The notes beneath the pieces are model-generated. The model worked only from the letters and a program-made list of their open reading frames with translations. It was not told the DNA's origin and did no database searches. From positions 124,001-188,000 of the IMG/VR virus record IMGVR_UViG_3300029911_000001: a stretch of 64,000 bases of DNA. One strand, written 5' to 3'. Position numbers and translations under genes: made by a program. This document shows positions 63,255-64,000 of the stretch, in pieces (position 1 is the stretch's first letter; the number at the start of each line of letters is the position of its first letter).

Positions 63255-63310
63255 CTTTCGTGACTACCGACCTCTTTAAGTAGAGGTATCTCTTGGAGGT
63301 CGGTAGGTTC

Positions 63311-63925
63311 ATGACATTTTTCACAGTGTATCGAACACAGAATCTGGTGAACGGGAGGTACTACTTCGGCGTCCATAAGACCAAAGACCCCTACGATGGG
63401 TACCTTGGGTCGGGTAAGATTTTGAAACGCGCAATAATAAAGTACGGTGAGCCAGCGTTCATCAAGAATCTCTGCTTCATCTTTGACAATCCAGAGGAGG
63501 CTTTCGCTAAGGAGTTTGAACTAATTGAAACGTACCGGCAAGATTCGCTTTGCTACAACCTGAGACAAGGTGGAAGTGGGGGGTTTGATTGGATAAACCG
63601 GGAAGGCAAAGCAGATTATTCAAGGGCAGCGAAAATGTCTCACGGAAGTAAAAGTAAAAGAGACCCCAACCACTATATGAAGATGGTTGAAGGTAGAAGG
63701 AAAAAGGGGTACGGAGTTGCCCCCCAGTTCATAGGCATCTGGTCAGGACGTAAGCATACATCTGAAACCAAAGCCAAGATGGCGTTGGCAGCAAGCTTGA
63801 GAGTTGGTGAAAAGAACTCGCAACATGGGACTTGTTGGGTAACAGACGGTGTTACAAATATGAAGGTGAAGCAATCAGACCTGTCCACGTACCTTGTGGG
63901 TAGTTGGAAACGAGGAAGAGTATAA
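63311..63925 (+). CDS. GIY-YIG (Seg-like) homing endonuclease
   Basis: TVYRTQNLVNGRYYFGVH, YLGSG, AKEFELI, YNLRQGG, NUMOD3 GRKHTSETK. Confidence 0.9.
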   Translation: MTFFTVYRTQNLVNGRYYFGVHKTKDPYDGYLGSGKILKRAIIKYGEPAFIKNLCFIFDNPEEAFAKEFELIETYRQDSLCYNLRQGGSGGFDWINREGKADYSRAAKMSHGSKSKRDPNHYMKMVEGRRKKGYGVAPQFIGIWSGRKHTSETKAKMALAASLRVGEKNSQHGTCWVTDGVTNMKVKQSDLSTYLVGSWKRGRV

Positions 63926-64000
63926 TGCAAGTCGTTCAAACGCTGTTGGTACAAGGGAACGCGCAACAGGTAGCTTGGCTCAACGTAGACCCGCGAGTGA
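63925..64000 (+). CDS. Start of a hypothetical protein, truncated by the window edge
   Basis: TAATG coupling; MQVVQTLLVQGNAQQVAWL... Confidence 0.5.
   Translation, partial: MQVVQTLLVQGNAQQVAWLNVDPRV

Overview
This is 64 kb of a large tailed dsDNA (jumbo-type) bacteriophage genome. In order it holds: (i) the end of a minus-strand tail operon (two baseplate/tube-like proteins, one with an SLT-like lysozyme domain, a tape-measure-like protein, chaperone-like proteins); (ii) a replication module (DnaB-like helicase, an initiator with an internal 11-bp-phased iteron array, a DnaC-like loader) and a class II ribonucleotide reductase with a LAGLIDADG intein; (iii) a ~5 kb RNA island with 15 recognisable tRNAs, an RNase P RNA, several non-canonical tRNA-like units and a minimal GlyRS-like gene; (iv) a 2.8k-aa signal-peptide-bearing beta-helix protein; (v) a recombination/repair and nucleotide-metabolism block (DinG-like helicase, radical SAM, HU, SSB, Nudix, DnaQ, RuvC, RecA, SbcC/D-like, PhoH) with many homing endonucleases, several of them broken; (vi) the start of a second tRNA operon (Tyr, Tyr). 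The main finding is that each tRNA operon is preceded by promoter, RBS, a short leader peptide, and overlapping antiterminator/terminator hairpins. The leader codons match the downstream tRNAs: Val/Ala/Gly/Glu/Asp/Cys for operon 1 and Leu/Ser/Tyr for operon 2 (only the Tyr tRNAs are inside the window). This looks like ribosome-mediated transcription attenuation of phage tRNA supply. A PEP-CTERM protein and an outer-membrane beta-barrel imply a diderm host, possibly Acidobacteriota (inference). All calls were made by eye from motifs; no database searches or folding programs were run.
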